This document shows positions 13,451 through 25,260 of a stretch of DNA of 51,622 nucleotides, in pieces. The stretch is taken from contig JALDZX010000012.1 in the NCBI GenBank assembly GCA_022813865.1, forward strand, positions 434,001-485,622, in the 5' to 3' direction. The position numbers were made by a program, and so were the translations under genes. Source of the DNA: Xylographa opegraphella (taxonomy: Eukaryota). The first letter of the stretch is position 1; each line of letters opens with the position of its first letter. The notes beneath the pieces were generated by a model that was not told where the DNA came from, ran no database searches, and saw only the letters and a program-made list of their open reading frames with translations.

Positions 13451-14304
13451 ATGAGTAATGAGATGACTTCGTTGAGAGCTTCTAAAACTAAACTACGCAA
13501 AACCGTTCTGGGAACTCTCAAGCAGTTGAGTCAGGAGCAAATCCAATTGCAATGTTTGTTTTTGACCATAGAATTTGTGATCTTATTTTTACACTAATAC
13601 AGAAAACAGCACATAGGATCCGAGAACGTCTTTTCACACTGCCCCAATATCAATCAGCCAGGAAGATAAGTGTTTATTTGTCTATGCCTTCTGGAGAAGT
13701 CTCTACACGATATATTGTAGAAAATGCATTGAGGAATGGGAAGCAGGTCTTCGTGCCATATCTTTACAATGAAACCTTCGATGATGGTAAAACATTTTCT
13801 GCTGTGATGGACATGGTCTCCATTAGTTCGGAAGCAGATTACAATGCTCTCCCTCGTGATTCATGGGGAATTCCGACACCAGATCCAGCATCCATATCGA
13901 CTCGGGTACGTTCCTTGAGTGGCAACAGTCATAGTGCCAGTTCCGAAAGCCTGGATATGATAGTCATCCCAGGGGTAGCGTTCGATCAAGATCGACGACG
14001 ACTAGGACATGGTAAAGGCTTCTATGATTTTTTCTTGCATCGATACCATGAGTCTCTAAGGTTTAATACTTTTGGCCAAGGCAATATAGAAAATTTGAAA
14101 ACACCATTTCTTGGTAAGATATAAATTTTCATTTGGAAACATCACAAGCTCATTAAATTGTGACTTTCAGTCGGGCTAGCCTTGATAGAGCAGCTTCTAC
14201 CTGATGGCCAAACCGTGCCCACGACCTCAACGGACTGGGAGCTGGACGCACTGATTGTCGGTGACGGTAGTTACCACAGGAGAGCCAGCCAAATCGAATC
14301 CTAA
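13451..14304 (+). CDS. FAU1: 5-formyltetrahydrofolate cyclo-ligase (MTHFS)
   Basis: ATG at 13451 (..KTKLRK..); two introns (~13554-13609 and 14114-14170). Motifs ISVYLSMPSGEV, WGIP, PGVAFD..RLGHGKGFYD and DWELDALI. Confidence 0.9.
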
Positions 14305-14391
14305 ATTGGATTATTTTCCATTGGTGTTATCCCGAGACTCCATGCTCTAGGACAAGTGTAATTCGCGAAATTTCATCAAGGAACGACCACA

Positions 14392-14783
14392 TCACTGCAG
14401 TGCCTGTATCAGCGATACATTGTCGCCCTTGAGTAATATTTGACCTATGCGCCATATCAATACTTTCTCTCACACAAGACCAACGCCAACTATAGACGAA
14501 CCGAGAGACCTTCGCTTTTCCTCTTCTGTCTTCGTAGCCTGCTTCACCTCCACCGCGTCGTCGATCACTAAATTCATGAACTCGTCAAAGCCCTATCCCA
14601 CTCTGATTAGCCTTTGCATTAGATCTGGGTAGGATCCAGCCATACCCTGATCGTCCCTTCTATTCGAATAGCTAATTGTTCATAAAGCCATATCGAGACG
14701 GTTGAGTGTTTTTGTAGTAATGTGAAGATGAAATTAATTGGAGGCAGTAAAACCTTCCCTCTTCCACCACCGCGTCCAGTCAT
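14392..14783 (-). CDS. SME1: Small nuclear ribonucleoprotein Sm E
   Basis: Not in the ORF track. Spliced protein MTGRGGGRGKVLLPPINFIFTLLQKHSTVSIWLYEQLAIRIEGTIR|GFDEFMNLVIDDAVEV..|QILLKGDNVSLIQALQ*; 2 introns. Confidence 0.95.
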
Positions 14784-15210
14784 ATTTGAGTGGTATGCTG
14801 GAAATAAGCGGAAGTGACAGGATTATGACAGGGGGCACACCAAGCCAACTTATACAAGTCAAGCTCGATTAGATAGCTGGTCTTGATCTCGTGGGTGGCA
14901 GTGGAAGCTGGATTGTAAATCGTACTTTTGGATGTTGTGGCTCAAAAAGCTTCAGCGCTCCGCCAGGTCTGAGCCCTAAAGCGGCTAGGACGATCGGATA
15001 AATAGTATATCCGTGACCGACCTATCACAAGCACTAGACTTTAAGAATTGTCTCTAAACCACACCGTAGATTTTGAACCATCCCCTGGGAGTTCTGTGAA
15101 GACAACATTTCCCTATGTTCTGTACCTAGGTTATACGGAAGCTTTCTCCGTTATTCCTGATGAAGACTTGTCGCGTCCTACCCTAGTTGAACAGCAGGCC
15201 TCACGACAAT

Positions 15211-18200
15211 ATGGCAGCCGACGGTTTTGCGCCGGTCCTGGCTGCTCTGACTACTATGCAAAGTAGTGCAGACCAAGCTCGAAAGCTTCAAGCACATACC
15301 TTTCTTGAGGCTTTCCAGAAATCTGTAAAACTCGAGTCTGTATGTGCAGCGTTCCACTTCTGACGTTGTGCAGCCCGAGGCGTGGACTTCGACGCATACC
15401 ATTCTATCTTCTCCGGATGTGCCATTGGAAGCGAAGCTGTTCGCGGCCACCACATTGAAAGGCAAGGTAAGCTATCACTCGAGGCTTGAACTCTGGTTAC
15501 TGGACTGATATTCCAAGATTATTTATGATCTGGATCAAATACCTCGAAATTCCCTACTACAGCTACGCGACTCGCTTCTATTAGCTCTATCCGAATTCCG
15601 CAGCGGGCCCCGACCCATACGGACACAGCTCTGTGTATGTCTGGCCAACCTCGCCATTCAGATGACAGAGTGGAAAGACGTTCTTCCGTATGTGGGCTCG
15701 AGGTTAGGAAGCAGTGCGGGTGATTGCATCCTCGAATTCCTACAAGTCTTACCCGAGGAAGTGACCGAAGGGCGCAAGATCAACTTGACTGTATGTGCGA
15801 CCGAGACACCATCAACTTGTGGGCAAGCGTTTGGAGCTATACAATCCAGGAGCATCAGTATCTAATCTCTATACTACTCATTAGGACGAGGACCTTTTCA
15901 GTAGAACGAAAGAGTTATTGGGGGATAATACTCCATATGTCATGACTTTACTCGTGCAATACTCGAAGTCTTCTGGTAAGTATATTAGCGAGAAGTCCCG
16001 AGAACCGGTTGCTAATGACTCTATAGCGAGTGCTGCTGTAAACCCGCGTCTTCTGGAATGTATGACCGCCTGGCTTCGCGAAATCCCTGCAGCTGATATA
16101 GTCAAATCCCCACTCCTCGATGTTATTGTGAATGGTCTGTCTTCCGATACCTCTTTTGAAGCTTCTGTGGACTGTCTATGTGCCATATACCGCGACACGA
16201 TGGATGTCGATGAGTCCTTTGAAACTATTCAATTACTCTATCCAAAAATCGTTGCGCTACAACCAAAGATCGCTGAGGCGGCTGATCAGCAGGATACTGA
16301 TGCCTTGAAAGGCATTACAAGGGTCTTCGCCGAGGCCGGTGAAGCCTGGGTAGTCATGATTGTCAGGTTACCGGATGAATTCCGGGGACTTATAGAAGCA
16401 ATATTAGAATGCTGCGCAAGAGATCAAGATCGAGAGGCAATATCTTTAACCTTTCTCTTTTGGAACGAATTCAAGCAGATGATCACTGTTGAGAGATACG
16501 AACGAGCTCGCGCTAAATTTGGGGATATCTTTGCTAAACTCGTGGATATAATGATAAAGCACCTCGAGTTTCCAAGTCCCGAAGGACCAACTGACATCGA
16601 TCTCTTCGGGGGTGATCGAGTCCAGGAGGAAAAATTCCGCGAGTTCCGGCATGCTATGGGTGATGTACTCAAGGACTGCTGCGAAGTAATCACGGTCACT
16701 GAGTGCCTGGGGAAGGCTTTTAATCTAATTCAGGATTGGGTAGCTACCTATGCCTCGCATTCAACAGCCAACCATGTTCCGCACTGGCAACAACTCGAAG
16801 CTCCTCTATTTGCTATGCGTGCTATGGGTCGAATGGTCTCACCAGAAGAGAGTGTCGTAATGCATCAACTCATTCCACTGATAGTTCAGATTCCGGACCA
16901 TGAAAAACTTCGTTTTCAGGCCATTATGGCGCTCGGCAGATATACTGAATGGACAGCACAGCATCCCGAATTCCTTCAGCAACAACTGAACTTTGTGATT
17001 GCCGGTTTCGACCATCCTTCAGGAGAGGTCGTTCGAGCATCTGCCCTGGCCTTCCGGTTCTTCGGTACAGAATGTAGGAAGCTACTAAAGGAACATTGCG
17101 TTCCACTTCACCGTTTCTATGAATCGATTTTGGACAAATTACCGCAAGTGAGTCAGGATGACCTGACAGAAGGAGTCTCATATGTTGTTTCAGCGCAACC
17201 CTCAGAACGAATTTACGAGACTCTCAAACTATACTGTGATCCCATAGTTGAGAGACTCAAGATTCGTGCAAATCATGCAAAGATTGACCAAAACGAAATA
17301 AGCCTGCATGCCTTATCTGGTAGTGTGCCCCTTCTCTACCAGCACTTCTCAACTCACAATAGTTCCAGATACCTTAATATTACTAAATATATTTACCAAC
17401 AACGTGCAGCCTTACTACGCTCCAACAGAGGAAAATCAGGCCGTTAAGTACTGTCAAGAAATCTTGCCTGTTCTGTCAGCTGTCGCGGATAACTTTACAG
17501 ACAATGTTAACATTTTGGAAAGAATATGCAAATGCTGGCGAACGATGATTTTTTCATATCGTACAGCAGTCTTTCCGCTCCTGGCTGACTTGGCCAATCA
17601 GCTTGCCAAGGGATTTCAAGACTCGCGTGCAGGCTGCTTTCTATGGGTTACAGACGCTATCCTACGTGAATTTGCCGATGGTCAAGAGTTCGTAGAGCCA
17701 GGCACTACAGAAGCCATATATGCTTTCTTCGAACAGCAGGCCATTGCATTCTTGCGAATCATGGACCAGATGTCGCCAGGTGATATCCCGGATGGTCCGT
17801 ACCCCTATTGTTGTATTGACAAGATTTGCTGACATTGTTCAAGTTATCGAAGATTTCTTTCGACTTCTTATTGATGCCTTGATTTACTATAACCATCAGT
17901 TCATACCAGCGGCTATCTGCGGTCCGACTCTGTCCGCGGCAATCGCCAGCTTGGTACTTCAGCAAGAAGGCCCTCTGATCATGACACTTCACTACATCCG
18001 GGACTTTCTGTCATACGGCACCGATCGACCAACCTCTTCTCGATTTGGCGAAATGTCTAACGCGGCGCGCCAACCAAGCGCTGCCGAGCTGCAAAAAATA
18101 GTCAAGGACCTTATTGTTATCCAGGGCGAGGCCTTAGTACAGCGCACACTAGCAGGCATGATGTTCACCTTCCCACGAGATTGCCTGCAAGATGCATCTG

Positions 18201-18519
18201 GCATTCTCATTGCACTATTTGAGCTGATGCCCCAACAAACGGCCTTGTGGTTCGGAGGAACAATCGCCACCTTACCCGCAGGTAGTGTCAAGACAGGCGA
18301 GGCCGATAAGATCATGAACAATATCGCGGCAAAGGTACAAGAAGGTGACATGCGAAAACTGAAAGCAGTCCTGCAAGGTACCGCCACAATCGCTGCATAC
18401 ACTAGTCACTCAACTTACATTTGATAGACTTCACTATTTCGTACCGCCGCCGCAACGTGGCGCCCCGCGACGGCTTACTGGGGGCCCCGGAACCTGCGAG
18501 GTTCAGATACAAGGGATGA
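15211..18519 (+). CDS. MTR10: Importin-beta family transportin-SR / Mtr10
   Basis: Multi-exon (about 7 introns). Segments FLEAFQKS|PEAW, KLFAATTLKGK, IRTQLCVCLANLAIQM, EEKFREFRHAMGDVLKDCC and WQQLEAPLFAMRAMG; ends YRRRNVAPRDGLL..RFRYKG*. Confidence 0.93.
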
Positions 18520-19647
18520 GACGGCGCGTCACGATGATCATATGGCAGTGGAAAGCGAGCTGGAGGATGCCACGGGGTGCGGTTTCGGCAATGGTTTGGA
18601 CCTTTCGTGGCCGCTGTTCTTTTGTACATTCATCTTGCTCGAGTGGCGGAGTACTGGGCAGGGGCATTTTGCGGCGAGGTGCATGCAGCATAAGGACATG
18701 TTGAGAAACACGACCGGATGCGTGATGAAGGAGAGAAACGGGTGGCAGGCGTGGGTAGATAGACACTTGCCTGTAGCGAATCGCTCTGTTGCGAATGTGG
18801 ATTGGCTTGCAACGATCCATTTCTTCCATCGGGGATACCAACACCTTGTCTGCTTCCCCGAGCTGGCAACGCAATTGGTGCCTGCTCTGGCGGACCTCGT
18901 GGTCTGACGCCTTGAGAGCTGTAAGAAGTAAAGCATTACATACAATACAAGCCTCTACAGTAAGTCTGTTTTCCTAGGTCAATGAATAGGGAGAGCAGGC
19001 AGAATGCGGACGCTCCTCTCCGAAAGAGCGCCGTTCGTAGCAGTCCGTCCGTTCCCAATGGTTGTCGAGTGGTCTCTTTCTCAGATCACGTCGTAGGCGC
19101 CTGCGGCGACCGACTCTCGTACTTTGGCTCTCGGCTCCCCCCCATTGGCAGAATACCGGGTGCACGACACATTTCCCTGAGAAGACTCGGCTACAACACG
19201 GCGTGCAGCAAGCACGTACGGCTACATACACGACACGAGTGACTGCGCGCATAGGGGCAGCACAGACAAGACGACACAGCACGGTCACGAGGCGAGCAAC
19301 GGCCCGCGGAGCACGGCAGAGCGTACACGCGGTTAACCAATACACGATCATTCCCATTGCTCGTCACGCAAACGGAAAATGTAAAACCTATGTACAAAGG
19401 AAGCCCCGAACCCGCTGTCCCGCTAAACCCGGCAACCGCTAAGAAAAACCAAGATGAAAGAGAGAAAAAGCCAGAGTCGAACATCCAGCGTCGTTAGTAG
19501 CACGGTTTTCCCTGTCCGTGCTGAAGATGCAGGAAGGGCGCGGTGCGTATTTCTTCCGATGATAGAAAACGCCGCGTTGGAGAATTGCAAGCCCATGACG
19601 CTAGCATGGTTTTTCTGGCCGGAAGACGGGGAAAGGATTTCTCGAAG

Positions 19648-22600
19648 TCAGGTCGTGTCCATTTTGTGATCGTGGAGATCTATGCTCTGGCTGTTGGGCG
19701 CCTCCTGCGATGGAGCCTCTTCCATGTGCTGATCAGTGGCTTCATCGGCAGTCCTGTCTGGCGGCTTAAGCATTAAGTGCGTTGAAGTAGGGCTACTCGA
19801 GGCCACCGGAGTATGGGGGACGGCGTCAGTGCCCGGAAGAGTAGCGCTGACAGGGTTGTCGACTTTGTGGCTTCCCCGCCTGCTACTTATGTAATCACTG
19901 AGACTGAGTTTCTTCATCGCAGGACTTGGCGTGACGATGTTGGAAGACGATGTCGAGAAAGGCGGAGGATATGCATTGGGGGTGTGCGTGAGTGGAGATT
20001 GGATTATGGAGCCAGCGACTGAGTTGGGTGTGGCGATGATGGAAGGAGTCCTGGGCCCACCAGAAAACAGTTGTTTAGGTGGCAGCTGGACACGGAGGTC
20101 TGACGTTCGGAAGCCATTGATTGGTTGTTTCCGGTCAGGTTGTTGCAGGCTCGGCCAAGTATGCGGTACTGGGGGAGGCTTGAGAGGAGACGCCTGGTCT
20201 GGAGTGCTTTCGTCCAATTTAAGGGGCGATTGGTCCGGTGGCCGTGGTTTCTCCACTGCAAGATCAGATGAAACTTGTGGTAGCGGTGACGCATGATCCC
20301 CGTCGTGCATGACTGTATCCCCATTCGAAATGCTCTGTCCTGAACTCCTTTCTGTTTCGGTATGAATCTTAGGTGGATCTTCCACAAGACCAGGATGGTT
20401 TTGTCCACTTGCCAATACTTTCCTTGCCACTTCTGATTCAACATTTTCTTTGTGACATTTCATGAGCAGCCGTTTGGTGAGAGATATGAAAGGTCTTCGA
20501 AGTGGAGGATATGGATTATTTCCCGTCGCCCAGTCGGGTTCAGGATCCGGATCTGTTTGCATGGAAGAGTCAACGTATTTAGAATGCGCTGAGGGTACCG
20601 AATTGGTATGCGTATTTGTATATGGCAATGTATTGGTAGAGATGGCGGTCGTTGCAAGTGGAGAGCGCGATGTTGGGGAGGCAGAATATTTCCGTAACGT
20701 TCCTGTATCGACATATTGTGGCTTGTTCGGCTGAGAGTGCAGAAGTCCATAGTGAGCATCCATTTTCTGATCAAATATCTCATCACCATAGGGCGATTTG
20801 GTAAGATGAAAGCTATGTCCAGAAGCTACAGCGGTGGGTGTGTTGACGACAGAACCTCCACTTGTGCGTTTTTTCCTCTTTGGCGCAGCTTGAAATTTGT
20901 CGTTCTTTTCTAGTAATTCAATCTTCTTCTTAATTCGCGGCTCGATCTCCACTCCACTTGCGATAGCATTTTCACCAATTGTGTTACTGGAGGGCGTCAG
21001 CTCCCGACTGTTCGGCTTGCTCCGTGCTGAGGTTGAAGTCGAGTGGCTATCGTCCACCTCATCCTCTTCATAACGCTTGATAGCCTCACTACCAGACCTA
21101 CTAGCCGTCGTGCGGCCAACGCTTTGTGAAGGAACGTGGTTCCGTGACTTTTGCTTCTTCGTCGACTTCCCAGAGGACATGTAGATGGCAGAGTCTCCAG
21201 AAAATGAGCTAAGCCTACGGTCGTATTTGGCCATCGAGCAGCTATCAGGACTATCGCAGGCACATCCCCCAAAGTCAGCCAGCACTCTTCCAACCCACTC
21301 AGCGGCGTAGCTTTCATCCGTATCAGCAGCACCCTCCTGCTTGATGCCGTCGTTCTTCTGCTGAAGAAAGCTCCGCATGTGTGCGTCAAGTGTCCATCCA
21401 ACGGTGAGTTCGGTTCCCAGCTCCAAATCTTTATTGGCGACAAAGCAAAAGTGATAATCCGAGCCATTCTCTAATATTGTTTTCATGATCAGATTCGGAG
21501 TGCAGCTTCGACGCAAGTACCGGCAAGACGTGTTCTCTTTTCGTGTGTCGATGTAAATGGGAAGATGAGGATGGAAAAAGACAAATGGTAGAGGGTGGCG
21601 AAGGTACTCCCATCGGTTTGAAGGCTCTTGAACATAATCTTGCATGCGGCCAATCCTTCCTCGCAGTTCACCAACGATGGAATTTTGGGGCCTGTATTCA
21701 TTGATAGTCAAATAGGTCCAGCTGGGATGCAGTCCATCGTAATCCTTGGACTCATCCGTCTTACTTTCCTTGTGCAATTGTGGCAGCGGCATGGAATCGA
21801 TGGTTTGTTCACAGCGCATGAATATATCCTGATGGGTTCTGCCATTCGCAACCGCCGTAAGTTCTTCGATATCATTAGACCACAGCGATAAGTCATTCGC
21901 AACTTGGATATCATTGAAAGAGTTTGCTAGTAGAGGCGCACCATGAGGATCGTCTTCGTAGAGGTGAAGGAACTCGGGACTGTAAGGCTCAGTATGGTAC
22001 CCATTGGGTGCGGAGGATATTGAAGGCTTGCTTGGGCTATGAAGTGTGTGCGACGCTGAGGCGGATCTTCGGCTTGTGTGTGGAGCGCCATTCAGTGGAA
22101 GGTTCTGAGAGTGAGACGATCGGTGGCTAGTCTTAACACGTTTTGCTGGAGGATGTTGGTCTTTGGGACTCCCACCATGCCCATTTCGAGGATGCGCAAT
22201 CTCTTGTCCATTTTCCGGCCACCCGTTTGTATGGATACCCGTGTGGTCATACGGCCTGATGATCTTCTTATGGCTTTTCCCCGAGATCTTCTTCTTCGGC
22301 TTCAAGGGCACGATGTGTATTTGCTCTCTTTTTTTCTTCTGACGATCGGTCGCCCGCTTCGCATCAAGTTCCAATTCCGGCGTGCAGTCGGCGCAGCCAT
22401 GTTCATCATCGTCACCGGGCGGATCCTTCTTGTAGTAGTAGCAATCGACGTGTTGCCAGGTATTGCATCGTTCGCAGAACACTGTATTGCCGTCGTCTTC
22501 TTGATAGCCACAGATGCACTTGATGGTGTAGTCTTCTTCTTCCAAACCATTGAGGGTCGGGTTGAGTAGTACAGGCTCTGGGACGGCAGAGTTTGAGATA

Positions 22601-22659
22601 GCAAGTGTATCGACAAGCGGCGCGGTATGCGTTATATGAGACAAGGAATAATCTGTCAT
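19648..22659 (-). CDS. SET3: PHD-finger and SET-domain protein (Set3/Set4 family)
   Basis: PHD finger IKCICGYQEDDGNTVFCERCNTWQHVDCY; degenerate SET domain IYIDTR..RYLRRSCTPN..ELTVGW; long Ser/Pro-rich tail with KKLSLSDY. A short in-frame intron near 20770-20830 is possible. Confidence 0.9.
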   Translation of the reverse strand: MTDYSLSHITHTAPLVDTLAISNSAVPEPVLLNPTLNGLEEEDYTIKCICGYQEDDGNTVFCERCNTWQHVDCYYYKKDPPGDDDEHGCADCTPELELDAKRATDRQKKKREQIHIVPLKPKKKISGKSHKKIIRPYDHTGIHTNGWPENGQEIAHPRNGHGGSPKDQHPPAKRVKTSHRSSHSQNLPLNGAPHTSRRSASASHTLHSPSKPSISSAPNGYHTEPYSPEFLHLYEDDPHGAPLLANSFNDIQVANDLSLWSNDIEELTAVANGRTHQDIFMRCEQTIDSMPLPQLHKESKTDESKDYDGLHPSWTYLTINEYRPQNSIVGELRGRIGRMQDYVQEPSNRWEYLRHPLPFVFFHPHLPIYIDTRKENTSCRYLRRSCTPNLIMKTILENGSDYHFCFVANKDLELGTELTVGWTLDAHMRSFLQQKNDGIKQEGAADTDESYAAEWVGRVLADFGGCACDSPDSCSMAKYDRRLSSFSGDSAIYMSSGKSTKKQKSRNHVPSQSVGRTTASRSGSEAIKRYEEDEVDDSHSTSTSARSKPNSRELTPSSNTIGENAIASGVEIEPRIKKKIELLEKNDKFQAAPKRKKRTSGGSVVNTPTAVASGHSFHLTKSPYGDEIFDQKMDAHYGLLHSQPNKPQYVDTGTLRKYSASPTSRSPLATTAISTNTLPYTNTHTNSVPSAHSKYVDSSMQTDPDPEPDWATGNNPYPPLRRPFISLTKRLLMKCHKENVESEVARKVLASGQNHPGLVEDPPKIHTETERSSGQSISNGDTVMHDGDHASPLPQVSSDLAVEKPRPPDQSPLKLDESTPDQASPLKPPPVPHTWPSLQQPDRKQPINGFRTSDLRVQLPPKQLFSGGPRTPSIIATPNSVAGSIIQSPLTHTPNAYPPPFSTSSSNIVTPSPAMKKLSLSDYISSRRGSHKVDNPVSATLPGTDAVPHTPVASSSPTSTHLMLKPPDRTADEATDQHMEEAPSQEAPNSQSIDLHDHKMDTT

Positions 22660-24529
22660 AATATGACAGACGGATCTTCGCGGAACTCGGTGGATGTGAT
22701 CGCAAGGTGGTTCAAAATTTCCGAGGCCTGGTTCGCATGACTCGGGTGTTGGACGGCAGTGGGCGATAAGACAGTCTTCCGATTCCTCTGTGACCGTTGA
22801 AGACCGGATAGTCTACGTCGCAAAGATGTGAGGTGAGTCGTTGTTGGTCGAGTTGATGGAGATGCGCATGTGCTGAAAGGTCGGTGTAGAGGTTGATTTG
22901 AAAGGTGGCCTTTGATGATCGATTTGAATAGAAGAGATCGACTATGATTGCGAGTCCGTCTCATCGAGTTATTCCCTCAAGCGGCACCCAGAAATACAAC
23001 GCAGGGCATAAGGCAAAAGTGTCAGGAAGTCGCTGGCAGATCTCGGAAGGTGGAGCGGACCAGGAGCTGAAATCGTCCAGAGCTTTGGTATAAGGTCAAC
23101 AACAAGATCGGAAGCCTGGGAATGAAGCGCTAATAGACATGAATCTCGAGGACGGCCGTGAGAGAACGGGCTGGTGGTTGATGGGATGGAGGGGTTGCGA
23201 CGAGAAGGAGGAAGGGGAGGAGAATCTGGAAGAGCAGCGAGCAGCGAACAGCGAAAAGCGAAAAGGCACGGTGAAGGGTGAGAGGGTGAGGGTGATCCCG
23301 ATAAGGGCAAGCGCGGCGCTAAAAGCGAGGGAAATCCGTAAAGTCTGTGGCGCAATTTAGCAATTTAGTGCCGCGGTTTGGGGCCAGTTCTCCCACGTCA
23401 AAAGCCGTCGTTGATGGATGCCTTGAAGAGCGTCCGGGATGATAATCATCGAGCCGTCGTGACAGACGAGGAAAACACCACCGCTCTCTTACCCCAACTT
23501 ACCTCCATGGTTGACCAACGGCCTGCTCGTATGCCTGGCTCATCGCTGCATCAGTGAAACCTATGAGCGACAATCAGCTCTAGATACCTTTACCTAGGTA
23601 TCTACCTTACTCTGTAGGTGCAGGCTGCAGGTGATAGATCAACCGCTGGTTTGTAAGCTGCAGCCATTCGACAACTCGTTTGCACTTTTGCCAAGTAGTA
23701 CGGCAATCCTTCCAGTCGCCTGCCATCTGATCAAGAGCTTGTCTGGGTTGTTTGAGGAGAAAGGCTTGCGTCCGGGGCGTGAGCTCTTGAGACGGAACTC
23801 CACGCTCCCTTCTCGTGACAGAGCGGAGGTCGTACACCTTTGCCAAGTGCAAACTTACCGGTGAGAGGACTCCGCTCGGCTCTCGATGCTTTGCTCCAGA
23901 GGTCGTCGTCCTGTTCAACTGGGCGCATGAACGGGGGTACAGCCCGCCTAAGTACATACACGCTTCACGGTCCAGCGGCAGCTCATACACGTAGCCGACA
24001 AGCACATGATCCCGGGCTCCAGGCGCGTGACTGGACACGATGATAGATCACCACATCACTACTCCAAGCACTATTGCGATACATATCAATCGGAGATGTT
24101 GCGGACGCATCAATCTCACATCGACGCAGAGTCCGAGTGCTCTGTTCGAACATGTGTTGTAACGTAGTAAAAAGTAAACGAAATGTCGCGCGAGTGAGAA
24201 GCGTGATATCGGCGGAGCCTCCAATCCAGCGAGTGAATGATAAAAACGCCACGTCCTTTTGGCGACTTACAAAGCAGAAAGACCCGAAGTAGCTCCCATG
24301 AGTTGGAGAAGTTTCCTTCTCTTTTGTTTGTTCCGCCGTGCGCGGAACGCTTGGCAACGTTTTCTGATCTCACTTGTGCAGATCACATATCCGGGGTCCA
24401 GTCACGCCTGACGCACAAATTGATTCCGATAACAAACGTACTTATAGGTACTCCGTAGATTGCATCTATTCCAAGTGCCGAATCTACAGTGCGCATGTTC
24501 AAGAATGGGGTTTATAAGTCAGTACATAT

Positions 24530-24542
24530 CAAAAAAACAAAA
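24530..24542 (-). terminator. Pol III oligo-T terminator of the 5S gene
   Basis: TTTTGTTTTTTT immediately 3' of the 5S sequence on the minus strand. Confidence 0.8.
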
Positions 24543-24661
24543 ACATACAACAGCTGGGATTCGCTGGTGGTCACCCACCCAACTACTAATCAGCCGATCT
24601 CAAGCTTATGTATGCCAGAGCGGACGGGATAGCCAGTTCTCTTGAGTCTGTGGTCGTATGT
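24543..24661 (-). rRNA. 5S rRNA: Dispersed 5S rRNA gene
   Basis: Minus strand reads ACATACGACCACAG..CCCGTCCGCTC..TTAGTAGTTGGGTGGGTGACCACCAGCGAATCCCAGCTGTTGTATGT (119 nt, complementary ends), followed by an oligo-T run; TATA-like element ~25-30 nt upstream. Confidence 0.96.
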
Positions 24662-25260
24662 GTTGAACTATGGCCAATTTTCAGTATATCTCTCACTACG
24701 AAAGGTTCGCGTGGAGAAGTAAGCTGTTATCCTAAACTCTCTACTGATCTAGCGTAGCCCAGCCTTTTCTATGTGGCGTTAGCTGCTATAGAGCAGACCT
24801 TCCATCTCTATTCTATGCTCTGAAGACTCTTACACAACCATCGCTCTTTACTGATTCAAGCACAATCCAGCATGGAGATCGAGATAAGAGACCTCGATGT
24901 CGAAGCGTGCATTCTTATACTATGTGAAGAATTCAATCATTTTTTGCTCTTGGTCTGCCTTTCTTGGAAGTTTCTTTGCCAAATCCGGCTGCTGACTTCG
25001 GGATCTGCTTCTATTCTTTGTCTGTTTTCTTAATATTCTTTCGGATCCCAGAATGAGGATCATTAGCTATCTGTACACGGCATGTGAATTCGGATCCGCC
25101 CGTGAGATCAGAGCAGTGCTCAAGTCTTTTATTGTCTTATCGTACTTAAACAGCAGCTGCCGCAATATGCGTTGTCTGAGGAATAGGTTCACTTTGTCGA
25201 ACTCTGGGTCGTTTGCCGAGGACTTGCGCTTCCAAAATCTCAGAAGCAGCTACCGTCAAC

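Noticed and set aside
18520..19640. Many overlapping short ORFs
   Set aside because: Low-complexity convergent 3' UTRs of MTR10 and SET3; no coding signature.
23607..24460. 143-aa and other ORFs upstream of SET3; 9-bp hairpin TAGATACCT..AGGTATCTA at ~23581-23604
   Set aside because: No family motifs; mostly non-ATG starts; no telomerase template or snRNA hallmarks seen; the hairpin is short enough to be chance.
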